Assembly: GCA_963712275.1 (NCBI GenBank)
Contig: CAVQHD010000001.1
Span: 352,001-416,000, forward strand
Direction: 5' to 3'
From: an uncultured Rhabdochlamydiaceae bacterium
GTDB taxonomy: Bacteria; Chlamydiota; Chlamydiia; Chlamydiales; Rhabdochlamydiaceae
DNA: 64,000 bases
Numbering within the stretch: the stretch's first letter is position 1; each line of letters begins with the position of its first letter. Positions 20,253 to 29,940 of the stretch are shown here, piece by piece. A program made the translations under genes and the position numbers. The notes beneath the pieces are model-generated. The model did not search any database, was not told where the DNA came from, and saw only the letters and a program-made list of their open reading frames with translations.

Positions 20253-20570
20253 ATGGCAAAACAATCCCGTCAAAAAATTCGCATCCGTCTCAAGGGATAT
20301 GACCAACGGGTGCTGGATCGAGCGACTGCTGATATTGTGGAGATCGCAAAGCGGACAGGAGCCCGGACAGCTGGCCCTATCCCTCTTCCAACAGTCAAAC
20401 AAATTTATACAATTCACCGCTCCCCCCATGTCGATAGTAAATCGAGAGAACAGTTCGAACAGCGCACTCACATCCGTCTCCTTGATATTCTGAGCCCAAC
20501 CCCCGATACTATTGATAAACTAAAAGTGCTTCCTGTCGCTGCAGGAGTTGATATTAAAATCCGCGCTTAA
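20253..20570 (+). CDS. rpsJ: 30S ribosomal protein S10
   Basis: IRIRLK, GPIPLPT and RSPHV...SREQFE. Confidence 0.98.
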   Translation: MAKQSRQKIRIRLKGYDQRVLDRATADIVEIAKRTGARTAGPIPLPTVKQIYTIHRSPHVDSKSREQFEQRTHIRLLDILSPTPDTIDKLKVLPVAAGVDIKIRA

Positions 20571-20661
20571 GAAGCTGTCTACGGATCTTAAGAGGATGTT
20601 TAAAAATAAAATTTTGATTAATGAAGTATTTATTATTAAATGTCCCTCTAAGGCAAGATCT

Positions 20662-20721
20662 ATTTATCAAACAACAAGATCGACGATAAAGTTTTATCGT
20701 TGATCTTGTTGTTTGATAAAT
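20662..20721. repeat. 60-nt near-perfect palindrome overlapping the downstream start codon
   Basis: 29-bp arms 20662-20690 and 20693-20721 with one G.T pair. Confidence 0.85.
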
Positions 20722-23650
20722 GGATCATGAAAAAATTATTCACCTTAATGACCGACTGAGTCGACTCATTGAGAGACTGCCTCGCATGTTTGATAGTTCC
20801 ATTTTGAAAGATCGGGACCGGCTCTTAGCTTATTTTGATAACGACTTTATTCAAAAGCGTTCTTCTCGTCATCTTCTACGCATTTTACTCTCTCAGCATC
20901 TACAAAGAAAAAAACTTTTAAGCAACTATCCGCTAAAAATCAAAAGCCGCTCCGTCGAGTTTAGAATTATTCCAGGCAAGCTTCAATACCCGTTCACCTC
21001 TAAAAAAGTCCTTGGAATTATGATCCAAATCTCCATTTCCAATCGGTATGAATTATTTGACGAAGAGACTCTGCGGCGCAGTGTCGAGCGTATTCTTCCA
21101 CACCTTCACATGATTAAAGGCTCTCTTTACAAATTTCAGGGAAATAATGACACGATCAAAACATGTTATGCCGAGTTTGAAAAGACAGGCAACCAACCCA
21201 TCGGATTAACAGAGCTCTCTCTTTTAAAGCGTTCCCTAGGCAAGGAGCTTCTTGAAAGAACTGAAAGAGTGGTTCCCTGCATATTCAAAGTTCGAAATCA
21301 GGAGGAAGTGCTCCGTAATATCTTGACGCTCAGCCAAGAAATCGATCACCTTGGAGATCTTCCTCAAATCATGATCTCTTTTGAAACTCAAAACTCCGAA
21401 GAAGTGATTTTTACTGTGATCGGTGTTCGAGCAGAAGATTTGCTATCGGTTTCTTTTGACAACCTCATTAAGCAAGGTTCTTTCTCCTGCCGTTGGGTTT
21501 TAGAGAGAAAACAGCTCGTCCGGTATCTTCAGGACCACCAACCCATTGTCGCCTATTTGTTCCGCGTCCTTCTTGTTCCAGACGAGAGCATTTTAAGAAA
21601 CGACAGTTCGCTTAATTTTTTTGCAGCCAGACAAAAAATCACTTCGTCGTTAAAGGAAAGCATTGGAGACTATCGAGACTTTAATGGAGGGATTCTCATT
21701 AAGCAAGAAGAGATGCTCCTCGGGCTTCGCAACTCTTTTCCTCACGTTTCCCCTGAACAAATTGAAAATATTTTTTACTCTATTACCCCGATTGAAATGC
21801 AGACTATTCTTCCACGCTCAACTCTTCAGGCTCTCATTGATTTAGCCACACAAACATCTCTTTTAATTTTAAATGACGCTCATGATTACCACCTTGTCTC
21901 GAGCTCAAAACCACCTTTTACCACCATCCTTCTTCATGTCCCGATTGGCCCCCTCTATGAAAAAGCCAAAGACCATTTTCAAATTGTGAACCGCTCAGAA
22001 GAGATTCAAGCCTCCTTCTCTTTTGCAACAAAAGATTCTCATCTTTTTGGCTATCTCATTTCTTTAGAAGATAAAAAATTTTATGACCATTTTGTCGATT
22101 CTTTAACTCAGCTCCTCCTGCTTTGGACAGATGAAATTAAACAGCTTAAAACTCTTCGCCTCTCTCTAACCGATCCCATCAAATCATTGGATCCCCGTAT
22201 TGGAGGAGATGCTATTTCATCAATCCTCCTCAAAATGCTTTTCGAAGGACTCACTCGGATTAGCCCCGATGGAAAACTAGAGTTGTCCATTGCCGATCAT
22301 GTTGAAATCTCTGAAGATCAAAGGACATATCTTTTTCATCTCCGGCCTTCTTTCTGGTCAAATGGAGATCCTTTGACCAGTCAAGACTTTGAGTACGCTT
22401 GGAAAAAAATTCTCTCCCCCGATTTTAATGCCCCCTATACCTATCTCTTCTTTTGCATTGAAAATGCCGAGAGGGCAAAAAAAGGGCTTGCAACGATGCA
22501 AGATGTCGGAATTCATAGCATTAATGACCATCTCTTAAAAATTGAGCTCTCAACAATTTCTCCCCATTTTCTAGAACTGCTCACCCTCCCGATCTTTTCT
22601 CCTATCCACCGATTTCACGACGTCAACATCCCTAATTGGCCCTTTGAAGAAAGGCACCGATATGTTTGCAATGGAGCTTTTAAAATAGAAAAGACCGATA
22701 AAGATAGCGGCCATATTTTCATCAAAAATCCTCTCTATTTGGAAAAAGATGCAATTAAACTCGATCGCGTCGTCATTGCTCATGCTCACCCTTCGCAAAG
22801 CTATGAGCTGTTTCTACAAAATCAAATTCACTGGTTAGGAGCTCCTTTCGGCACGTGGGATAATCATTACAAGGCAGGGCCTCTTGATATTATGATGACT
22901 CATCAAGATAACGGCCTTTTTTGGGCCGTTTGCCAAACAGAACATCCTCTTCTCAAAAACAAAAAAATTAGAAAAGCGCTCAGTTTGGCAATTGACCGCC
23001 AGGCTCTTTTGCATACCATCGGGTATCTTAACGCCCCTGCTTTTTCACCCCTTCCCCCTATTCATAGCCAAATTTCCGACGATCCTTACCCTTTTTCCCC
23101 TGAAAGAGCCAAAGAGCTTTGGAATGAAGGAATTGCCGAACTAGGTTTATCGATGGCAGATCTCTCTCCATTGGAAATTACGTTTGCAAGGCCATCCTTC
23201 ATTACAAAGCAAACAGCTGATTTTATGCGCCGTGCTTGGGAGGAGACTTTTCATCTTCGCTGCCGCTCTCGAGGAGTTGATTTTGAAGCGCTTTTTAAAA
23301 AATTTTCTTATAAAGATTTTCAACTAAGCCTTATTCGATGGCAACCCTGGGTTAATGACCCTTTTTACACATTGAATTGTTTTACAAGTCATGAGAGTCC
23401 GTTTAACTTCTGTCAGCTGTTGGGGCCTCAATTGATTGAACTTATTAAGACAGCCCAAATGGAGAAAGATAATGCCAAGCGAAAAGCCTTTGTAAAACAA
23501 CTTGAAGAAGCTCTTGTAGATGAAATTCCCATCATTCCTCTCTTCAAAACGTACTACCAATCGATGCGAAAGAAAAACCTAATGCTTGAACCCAATCACA
23601 CGTTGATGGACTTCAAATGGGCTCGCTTTGAACAGGATATAGGAAACTAG
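20720..23650 (+). CDS. Fusion of a ~470-aa unknown N-terminal region and an OppA/SBP family-5 domain; no signal peptide
   Basis: C-terminal half has SLDPR, LFEGL, WSNGDPLTSQDFEYAW and IRKALSLAIDR. Confidence 0.8.
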   Translation: MDHEKIIHLNDRLSRLIERLPRMFDSSILKDRDRLLAYFDNDFIQKRSSRHLLRILLSQHLQRKKLLSNYPLKIKSRSVEFRIIPGKLQYPFTSKKVLGIMIQISISNRYELFDEETLRRSVERILPHLHMIKGSLYKFQGNNDTIKTCYAEFEKTGNQPIGLTELSLLKRSLGKELLERTERVVPCIFKVRNQEEVLRNILTLSQEIDHLGDLPQIMISFETQNSEEVIFTVIGVRAEDLLSVSFDNLIKQGSFSCRWVLERKQLVRYLQDHQPIVAYLFRVLLVPDESILRNDSSLNFFAARQKITSSLKESIGDYRDFNGGILIKQEEMLLGLRNSFPHVSPEQIENIFYSITPIEMQTILPRSTLQALIDLATQTSLLILNDAHDYHLVSSSKPPFTTILLHVPIGPLYEKAKDHFQIVNRSEEIQASFSFATKDSHLFGYLISLEDKKFYDHFVDSLTQLLLLWTDEIKQLKTLRLSLTDPIKSLDPRIGGDAISSILLKMLFEGLTRISPDGKLELSIADHVEISEDQRTYLFHLRPSFWSNGDPLTSQDFEYAWKKILSPDFNAPYTYLFFCIENAERAKKGLATMQDVGIHSINDHLLKIELSTISPHFLELLTLPIFSPIHRFHDVNIPNWPFEERHRYVCNGAFKIEKTDKDSGHIFIKNPLYLEKDAIKLDRVVIAHAHPSQSYELFLQNQIHWLGAPFGTWDNHYKAGPLDIMMTHQDNGLFWAVCQTEHPLLKNKKIRKALSLAIDRQALLHTIGYLNAPAFSPLPPIHSQISDDPYPFSPERAKELWNEGIAELGLSMADLSPLEITFARPSFITKQTADFMRRAWEETFHLRCRSRGVDFEALFKKFSYKDFQLSLIRWQPWVNDPFYTLNCFTSHESPFNFCQLLGPQLIELIKTAQMEKDNAKRKAFVKQLEEALVDEIPIIPLFKTYYQSMRKKNLMLEPNHTLMDFKWARFEQDIGN

Positions 23651-23660
23651 AACAAACATT

Positions 23661-23828
23661 TGAAACCTCTGCTCACTTGTGCTTATTTCCATTTCTTCAC
23701 CACCGAGGCACAGAGAAGGATGAGATTGCACAGAGTAAAAAAGAAATGCTTCGCTCTGTGCAATCTCATCCCTCTCCGTGCCTCGGTGGTGAAGAAATGC
23801 AAATAAGTGCGAGTGAGCAGAAGTTTCA
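23661..23828. repeat. Long palindromic (REP/MITE-like) element, copy 2
   Basis: Imperfect 75-bp arms 23661-23735 and 23754-23828 sharing the core of copy 1. Confidence 0.9.
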
Positions 23829-23913
23829 TGTGTCCTGTCGCTTTGAAGAGCAGCTCTATCAATAAAACTTTACTCTTTGGTATATTGGTTTAAGTTCTAA
23901 AGTGGAGGGGTGT

Positions 23914-25524
23914 GTGAAACGGTTATTTTTATTCTTTAGCTTGATGACTCTCTGTGGCTGTTACTTTTCGTCGACACCTAAAAATACCCATCCGCCTCAA
24001 GTTCTTCGTACATCTCTCAGCTCCGAAATTGCCTCTTTAGATCCTCGAAAAGGGATTGATATGTCAAGTCAAGGGGTTGTTCGAATGCTGTTCACAGGCC
24101 TAGTTCGTTTAGACGATCAGATGGTCCCTCAGCTTGAGTTAGCTAAATCGTATCAAATCTCCAGTGATTATAAAACATACCTTTTCACCCTCAAAGACGT
24201 CCTGTGGTCTGATGGTTCTCCTATTACAGCCCACGACTTTGAAAAAACTTGGAAGGCAGCCCTTTTTCCTGGTTATTCTTCAGCTAATACCAATCTTTTC
24301 TCTTTCATTAAAAATGGCAAAAAAGCGACGTTGGGAGAGATCCCCGCCGATCAGCTAGGCGTTAAAGCCCTTGATGATAAAACGTTATTGATAGAACTAG
24401 AAGATCCTAACCCCCATTTTCTGAATGTTTTAATCAACTCCATTTTCTCTCCTGTACATGAAAGTATGTACAATACTCCGCCTCGATCCGACCATTTAAT
24501 CTGCTCAGGCCCTTTTTGCCTAAAAGAGCACGCTTTTCAAAATCAAATAACCCTCGTGCGAAATCCCCATTACTGGAACGCTTCCAATGTAAAGTTAGAC
24601 GAGCTCCATTTCTACATCATTAAAGATCCCCAAACCGCTTTACTCATGTTCGAAAAACAGCAGCTCGATTGGCTGGGCGAGCCGCTCACTAGAATTTCTA
24701 CGGATGCAATTCCTGCTTTGAAAGAAAAAGGACTGCTCACCTTTTTCTCAGCAGCGGGCGGTCAATGGCTCTTTTTAAATACTGCTAAATTTCCATTGAA
24801 TAACCCCCAGATTCGGAAAGCTTTATCCTATGCGATCGACAGACAGAAAATCTTGCGAAACCTCATGCATTTAGACGACTCAAATCTTGCTCTTGGATTG
24901 ATCCCTCGCATCTTGAAAAAAGATCACTGGCATCCATGGTTCCAAGATAACGATGTTCAGCAAGCGCAAGCCTGTTTTGCACAAGGCCTCAAAGAGCTCA
25001 ATACCACCGTTGATCAACTGCCTAAACTCACGATGATCTATCCGGCAAATAATACATGGGCAAAAATATTGGAGGCAATCCAGCAAATGTGGGAACAAAA
25101 TCTAGGGATTAAGATTCAACTGGAAGCGTCGGATGGCGCTGTTTATTTTCAAAAATGTTTTTCTAATCAATATGAAATCGCGCGGCTGGGGTGGGTTATA
25201 CAATACAATGATCCAGTTAATTTGCTTGAAATTTTCAAATATAAGGACAAAAAACCCAATCACACTGGCTGGGAAAATCCTGAGTTTATTCGTCATGCCG
25301 ATGCATCGTTTGCCGCAACTTCAGAACTTGAGCGGTGGGAACATATCGAAGCTGCCGAGAAGATTTTCTCCGATGAAATGCCCTCAATTCCTCTGACAGA
25401 TATCGTTGCTTGTTATTTACAGCAGCCCTATGTCAAGGGAGTCACCGTCAATTCTCTATACCATATTGATTTTCACTATGCTTGGCTTGAGAAAGAGCAA
25501 GCTGCCGCACCTCCTGCGCGTTGA
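23914..25524 (+). CDS. oppA: Oligopeptide ABC substrate-binding lipoprotein
   Basis: Lipobox LCGC; SLDPR, WSDGSPITAHDF and IRKALSYAIDR. Confidence 0.88.
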   Translation: MKRLFLFFSLMTLCGCYFSSTPKNTHPPQVLRTSLSSEIASLDPRKGIDMSSQGVVRMLFTGLVRLDDQMVPQLELAKSYQISSDYKTYLFTLKDVLWSDGSPITAHDFEKTWKAALFPGYSSANTNLFSFIKNGKKATLGEIPADQLGVKALDDKTLLIELEDPNPHFLNVLINSIFSPVHESMYNTPPRSDHLICSGPFCLKEHAFQNQITLVRNPHYWNASNVKLDELHFYIIKDPQTALLMFEKQQLDWLGEPLTRISTDAIPALKEKGLLTFFSAAGGQWLFLNTAKFPLNNPQIRKALSYAIDRQKILRNLMHLDDSNLALGLIPRILKKDHWHPWFQDNDVQQAQACFAQGLKELNTTVDQLPKLTMIYPANNTWAKILEAIQQMWEQNLGIKIQLEASDGAVYFQKCFSNQYEIARLGWVIQYNDPVNLLEIFKYKDKKPNHTGWENPEFIRHADASFAATSELERWEHIEAAEKIFSDEMPSIPLTDIVACYLQQPYVKGVTVNSLYHIDFHYAWLEKEQAAAPPAR

Positions 25525-26401
25525 AAGAAGAACGGACAAAGGGACCTGAATAGATCTGAGGAATCCCAATGGAATAGCCATATTCTTCATACTGACGAAA
25601 TTTCTCCGGCGCCACAAACGATTTGACGAGTAAGTTATTTCGACTTGCTTGAAGATAGTGGCCAATCGTAACAATATGGCATCCAGCATTTTTCAAATCT
25701 CGAAGTGTTTCAAAAATCTCTTCCTCTGCCTCGCCAAGCCCTACCATCAACCCTGACTTGACAAATTGCACTTTGCCCGATTCTCTAGCATGCCTAAGAA
25801 CGTGAACTGTTCGGTCATAGGTTGCTTTATGCCGAACTCGAGGAGTCAAAGCCCGCACTGTCTCAATATTGTGGTTGAAAACTTCAGGATGGTGGCTAAG
25901 GACAACATCTAAGGCATTCAAATTTCCATTGAAATCAGACGTGAGCACTTCAATCGTACACCCTTCATTCCTCACTCGAATCGCCTTGATGATTTCTCCG
26001 ATATGGCAGGCCCCCCCATCTGGAAGATCATCCCTGGCAACCATCGTAATCACGACATGCTTAAGCCCAAGCTCGCGAACCGAAAGCGCAATCCTTTCAG
26101 GTTCGTCTGCCTCAGGAGGAAGCGGCTGTTTCGTAAAGTCGATATCACAAAAACCACAGCTTCTTGTACATGCTTTCCCTAAAGCAAGAAACGTCGCTGT
26201 CTTATGAGAAAAGCAGTGGAGCCGATTAGGACACTTAGCTTCTGCGCAAACAGTATTTAAACGGTATTTTTTTACGATCGCATCCGTTTGAAAAAATTCA
26301 CCCCCTGCAGGAATTTTTCGATGAAGCCATGAGGGAAATCTCCCTCCGCGTCCCTCGGGGTTTTCGGGAAGCCGATTTAAAACTTTTAACTTTTCACTCA
26401 T
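25448..26401 (-). CDS. lipA: Lipoyl synthase
   Basis: CAEAKCPNRLHC, CTRSCGFC and RSS motifs. Confidence 0.96.
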   Translation of the reverse strand: MSEKLKVLNRLPENPEGRGGRFPSWLHRKIPAGGEFFQTDAIVKKYRLNTVCAEAKCPNRLHCFSHKTATFLALGKACTRSCGFCDIDFTKQPLPPEADEPERIALSVRELGLKHVVITMVARDDLPDGGACHIGEIIKAIRVRNEGCTIEVLTSDFNGNLNALDVVLSHHPEVFNHNIETVRALTPRVRHKATYDRTVHVLRHARESGKVQFVKSGLMVGLGEAEEEIFETLRDLKNAGCHIVTIGHYLQASRNNLLVKSFVAPEKFRQYEEYGYSIGIPQIYSGPFVRSSFNAQEVRQLALSQAKHSENQYGIEN

Positions 26402-27801
26402 CGGCGCACTTTTGGAGGAAAATGAATCGGGGTATTTTGAGCCATCAGAGTCGCTTCAAGCCATGCTTCAGGAAGCGTTGGGTGCGCATGAATCGTCTCC
26501 GCCAAACAATCTGCGGTGAGCTCATTTGCAATTGCAAGGGCCATCTCGGCAATTAAAGAAGCCGCCTCATGACCCACCACTTGCGCTCCCAGAATTTGAC
26601 CTGTTTTCTGATCGATCACTACTTGAGCAAACCCCTCCGTTTCCATCATAGCCACCGATTTTCCAAGCGCTTGAAAAGGAAATTTCCCCACTGCCGCAGA
26701 GAACCCTTTGTCGGTTGCTTGTTCCAGCGTCATTCCAACCGTTGCAATTTCAGGAAGGGTAAAAATAACTGCAGGAACCGCCTCATAGTGCATGACCATC
26801 GACCCTCCCGTCGCATTCACAGCAGCAACAATCCCTTGATGAGAAGCGACATGGGCAAGCATCACAAGACCCGTCACATCCCCAATGGCATAAATGCCTG
26901 GAACCGTCGTCTCCATCTTTTCATTGACGATGATAGCCCCTTTTTCCGTCGTCATAACTCCCGCCATTTCAAGGCCTAATTCTTTCGAAACCACTTTGCG
27001 GCCAACCGCAACTAAAACACTATCTGCATTGACAGAAGGTTTATCTTTAAGGCGAATTGTTACGCCATTTTTCTCACGATCGACCCCTTCTACCATCACT
27101 CCCGTTTGAACTTCAATGCCCTTCTTTTTAAACGCAGCCGTCAGCGCCTCTGAAACACCTTTCCCCTGCGCCATCACAAGAGAGGGCAATGCTTCTAAAA
27201 CAATAACCTTAGATCCAAGCTCTGCGTAGAGCGATGCAAACTCACATCCAATATACCCTCCTCCAATGACAGCAAGGGTTTTAGGAACTGTTTTGAGCTC
27301 TAAAATCGACGTCGAATTAAACACCTTCTCATGATCGCATGGGAACTGCGCAACATCCATCGATTCAGAACCCGATGCAATGATCACCTTCTCTCCCTGC
27401 ACCAAGAGGTTGTCAGTTCCCTTCACCTTCAGCTCAAAAGGAGCGGTAAAAGAAGCCTGCCCCCGAAGAATTTCAATCCCATTGGATCGAATAAGCCCTT
27501 CTAATCCTTTCCGAATCTGTGCAATAACGGCATCTTTTCTCGCCTTCATCTTCCCAAAGTCGATCGTGACGGGACCAGTATGAATTCCAAAATCGGCTGC
27601 ATGGCGAACCATTTGCAAAACATGGGCATTTGAAATTAACGTTTTTGTCGGAATGCACCCAACGTTTAGACAAGTCCCCCCTAAATCGCCTTTCTCAATC
27701 AAGGCAACTTTTTTTCCAACTTGAGCCGCTTTAATTGCCGCAACATAGCCCCCTGGACCCGCTCCAATCACAACCACATCGTACTGTTTTTTCTCTGCCA
27801 T
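26398..27801 (-). CDS. lpdA: Dihydrolipoamide dehydrogenase
   Basis: GAGPGG, CLNVGC and HAHPTLPE; start placed at MAEKKQY. Confidence 0.96.
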   Translation of the reverse strand: MAEKKQYDVVVIGAGPGGYVAAIKAAQVGKKVALIEKGDLGGTCLNVGCIPTKTLISNAHVLQMVRHAADFGIHTGPVTIDFGKMKARKDAVIAQIRKGLEGLIRSNGIEILRGQASFTAPFELKVKGTDNLLVQGEKVIIASGSESMDVAQFPCDHEKVFNSTSILELKTVPKTLAVIGGGYIGCEFASLYAELGSKVIVLEALPSLVMAQGKGVSEALTAAFKKKGIEVQTGVMVEGVDREKNGVTIRLKDKPSVNADSVLVAVGRKVVSKELGLEMAGVMTTEKGAIIVNEKMETTVPGIYAIGDVTGLVMLAHVASHQGIVAAVNATGGSMVMHYEAVPAVIFTLPEIATVGMTLEQATDKGFSAAVGKFPFQALGKSVAMMETEGFAQVVIDQKTGQILGAQVVGHEAASLIAEMALAIANELTADCLAETIHAHPTLPEAWLEATLMAQNTPIHFPPKVRR

Positions 27802-27871
27802 ATCCACCTTCTGAAATCCTAGTCTAGCAAACGATGAGGTAAAAAAACACTCAAAGCTGATAGGATAAGAA

Positions 27872-28357
27872 GTGATGCCTATGGATGGAGAACTCATGAA
27901 ACCTGTTGATCGTCAAAAAATATGTTTAAATTGCGACGGAAAAATCCCCTATGATACCGTTCAGTGTCCCTACTGTTTTACTCAGCAGCAAACAGACTCG
28001 ACTGCGTCAAAGGTTTTTACCCCAGCTACATCCCCCCTCCCCAATCTTTACCCCCCTCCCTATTCTTCCCGCCTGAACCCCTCTGAAGATGTGAAAACAC
28101 CCCTTAAAACGGCAACGGCCATCCAAGGAAACGCCGACCAAGCCACTTCGACCGAATTAACCCCCACCTCTTTTTGGCCGATCTTGATGCTTACATTAGG
28201 AAGCAACCTGCTTACGCTAGGCATCTTACAGTTTTTCTTTTCAGACCATGGCCTACTACGCCTTGAAATGAACTCAAGCTATTGGTTTTTAATGGTTTTA
28301 GTTGGGATCCCCCTCATCTACCTTAGCCTTAAAAACCTTTCTAATTCTGATAAATAA
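27872..28357 (+). CDS. Chlamydial zinc-ribbon + 2-TM protein (CT556-like)
   Basis: CLNC...CPYC, LYPPPY, two C-terminal TMs; divergent from lpdA. Confidence 0.7.
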   Translation: MMPMDGELMKPVDRQKICLNCDGKIPYDTVQCPYCFTQQQTDSTASKVFTPATSPLPNLYPPPYSSRLNPSEDVKTPLKTATAIQGNADQATSTELTPTSFWPILMLTLGSNLLTLGILQFFFSDHGLLRLEMNSSYWFLMVLVGIPLIYLSLKNLSNSDK

Positions 28358-28360
28358 ATC

Positions 28361-28389
28361 TTGTTAAATTAATATTTATTTGTTATAAT
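28361..28389 (+). promoter_or_regulatory. Promoter TTGTTA-N17-TATAAT for the USP gene
   Basis: Perfect -10 with a 17-bp spacer, 24 bp upstream of the ATG. Confidence 0.6.
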
Positions 28390-28413
28390 AATTATTATAA
28401 CTAATAAAATATT

Positions 28414-29940
28414 ATGACAACAAATCAAGTAATTAACTTAAGTTTTTGCCCAAGTAGTACACCTGGCTTTAAACTTCTTTCCTCTTCTGTTAATCCTAGT
28501 CTTTCAGGCAAAGCCCAAGAGAAGGCCGGAGACTGTTTGAGCAAAATCATTGCTAAATTAAAAGCAACTAACACCCTAAAGCATGACCTAACAGGAACTT
28601 CTATAATCATGGGTTCTCTAGTTCCCATTACAGCAAGCACAGACTATGAATTAAAGTTAACGGTTGATGACAAGCCCCTGATGTCTTCTCAAAATGAGCC
28701 CCTTTCAATCAGGTTAAACGCCCAATTCGTCAAAACCCTCTCTGGACAACGTACCTCACCAGCTCATCCACCTGCAGCAGCACGGCCTCCTAAACAGCCA
28801 GTCAGTTCTAACGGTGGAGACAATCCGCCGCAGCTCCAGGTCTCACAACCCACTCCACCTATAGTAGCGCAACCTCCTAAACAGCAAGATAACCCTCCAC
28901 CCCGGCCTCAAACTCCACCACCTATTAAGCAACAACCCGTTAACAGGAATCCGGTAAGTCTCCCCCCTAGTGGAAACAATTCTCCTCAGCCTCAGCCCTC
29001 CAAAAAGCCCCCTACCTTTGGTTCCCTACTCAAGAGTATCTTTTCTCCTCCGCCACAACCCCAAGTTACCTTACCTCTTCAACAACCCCCTAGGGCTTCT
29101 TATGAAGGAGTTGTTCCTCTTGAGAATTTTGGTAACGACTGCTTTATGAATGCTACTTTTCAAGTCATTATGCACGATGAAGCTCTTCGAGAAGCGCTTG
29201 TAGAAATATTTAAACAAAACACATCCCCCACTCAAGCCCAGTTTCTCGAATATGTAGAAGCGTATAAGAATGGCGACTCGAATATTTCGACTTATCGTTT
29301 ACGTAGTTTCATGGATCCACGGAATCAGTATGGGCAACAAGATGCTAATGAATTTTTATTGAGACTGACAAATCAATTAGACCCTAAAGCTTATCCCCAT
29401 CTGTTTACACTGTGTACGACTGAGTATCAATGTGTTCGACAAGCTCCTTCTACGGACAACGAAGCTCCAAAGACCTACATGTCACAAGTTTCAGAAAACG
29501 AATTTCTCATCCCCTTGCAACTCCCGCGCTCAAGCAATAAGATCAACGGGCAGCACTTGATTGATACAGCTTTAAGCGAGAATGATCATGAAGGAGAATC
29601 TTTCAAGGAGTATGATACAACCTACAAGCCGACAAAAGCTCGTTTAAAAATTGAAGGAACGCCCAACCGCCTTGCCTTCCAACTCAAACGGTTCACAGGT
29701 ACAGGAAAAATTCAAAATACCGTTGATATGCCTGAATGCTTGCAAATTAACGACGAATACTACCAACTAAAATCTATCATCGTTCATTCAGGAACTACCA
29801 AATCGTCTGGTCACTACTACAGTGTCATTAACAAAGAAAGTGGATGGGTCAAGGCTAACGACTCTAGCATTACTCCCATCCAAGATATCTCTCACGAAAG
29901 GCAGAACGGCTACCTTTACTTCTACGAGAAACTCTCTTAG
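28414..29940 (+). CDS. Ubiquitin-specific protease (C19/USP) effector candidate with Pro/Gln-rich linker
   Basis: Cys box LENFGNDCFMNA, QQDANEF, QLKRF, His box HSG...GHYY...WVKANDS. Confidence 0.88.
   Translation: MTTNQVINLSFCPSSTPGFKLLSSSVNPSLSGKAQEKAGDCLSKIIAKLKATNTLKHDLTGTSIIMGSLVPITASTDYELKLTVDDKPLMSSQNEPLSIRLNAQFVKTLSGQRTSPAHPPAAARPPKQPVSSNGGDNPPQLQVSQPTPPIVAQPPKQQDNPPPRPQTPPPIKQQPVNRNPVSLPPSGNNSPQPQPSKKPPTFGSLLKSIFSPPPQPQVTLPLQQPPRASYEGVVPLENFGNDCFMNATFQVIMHDEALREALVEIFKQNTSPTQAQFLEYVEAYKNGDSNISTYRLRSFMDPRNQYGQQDANEFLLRLTNQLDPKAYPHLFTLCTTEYQCVRQAPSTDNEAPKTYMSQVSENEFLIPLQLPRSSNKINGQHLIDTALSENDHEGESFKEYDTTYKPTKARLKIEGTPNRLAFQLKRFTGTGKIQNTVDMPECLQINDEYYQLKSIIVHSGTTKSSGHYYSVINKESGWVKANDSSITPIQDISHERQNGYLYFYEKLS

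Noticed and set aside
20240..20253. No tuf after fusA, and rpsJ separated from rplC
   Set aside because: This is the normal chlamydial arrangement.
25448..25524. 77-bp convergent overlap of oppA and lipA
   Set aside because: Involves only non-conserved tails; other convergent pairs in this window also overlap.
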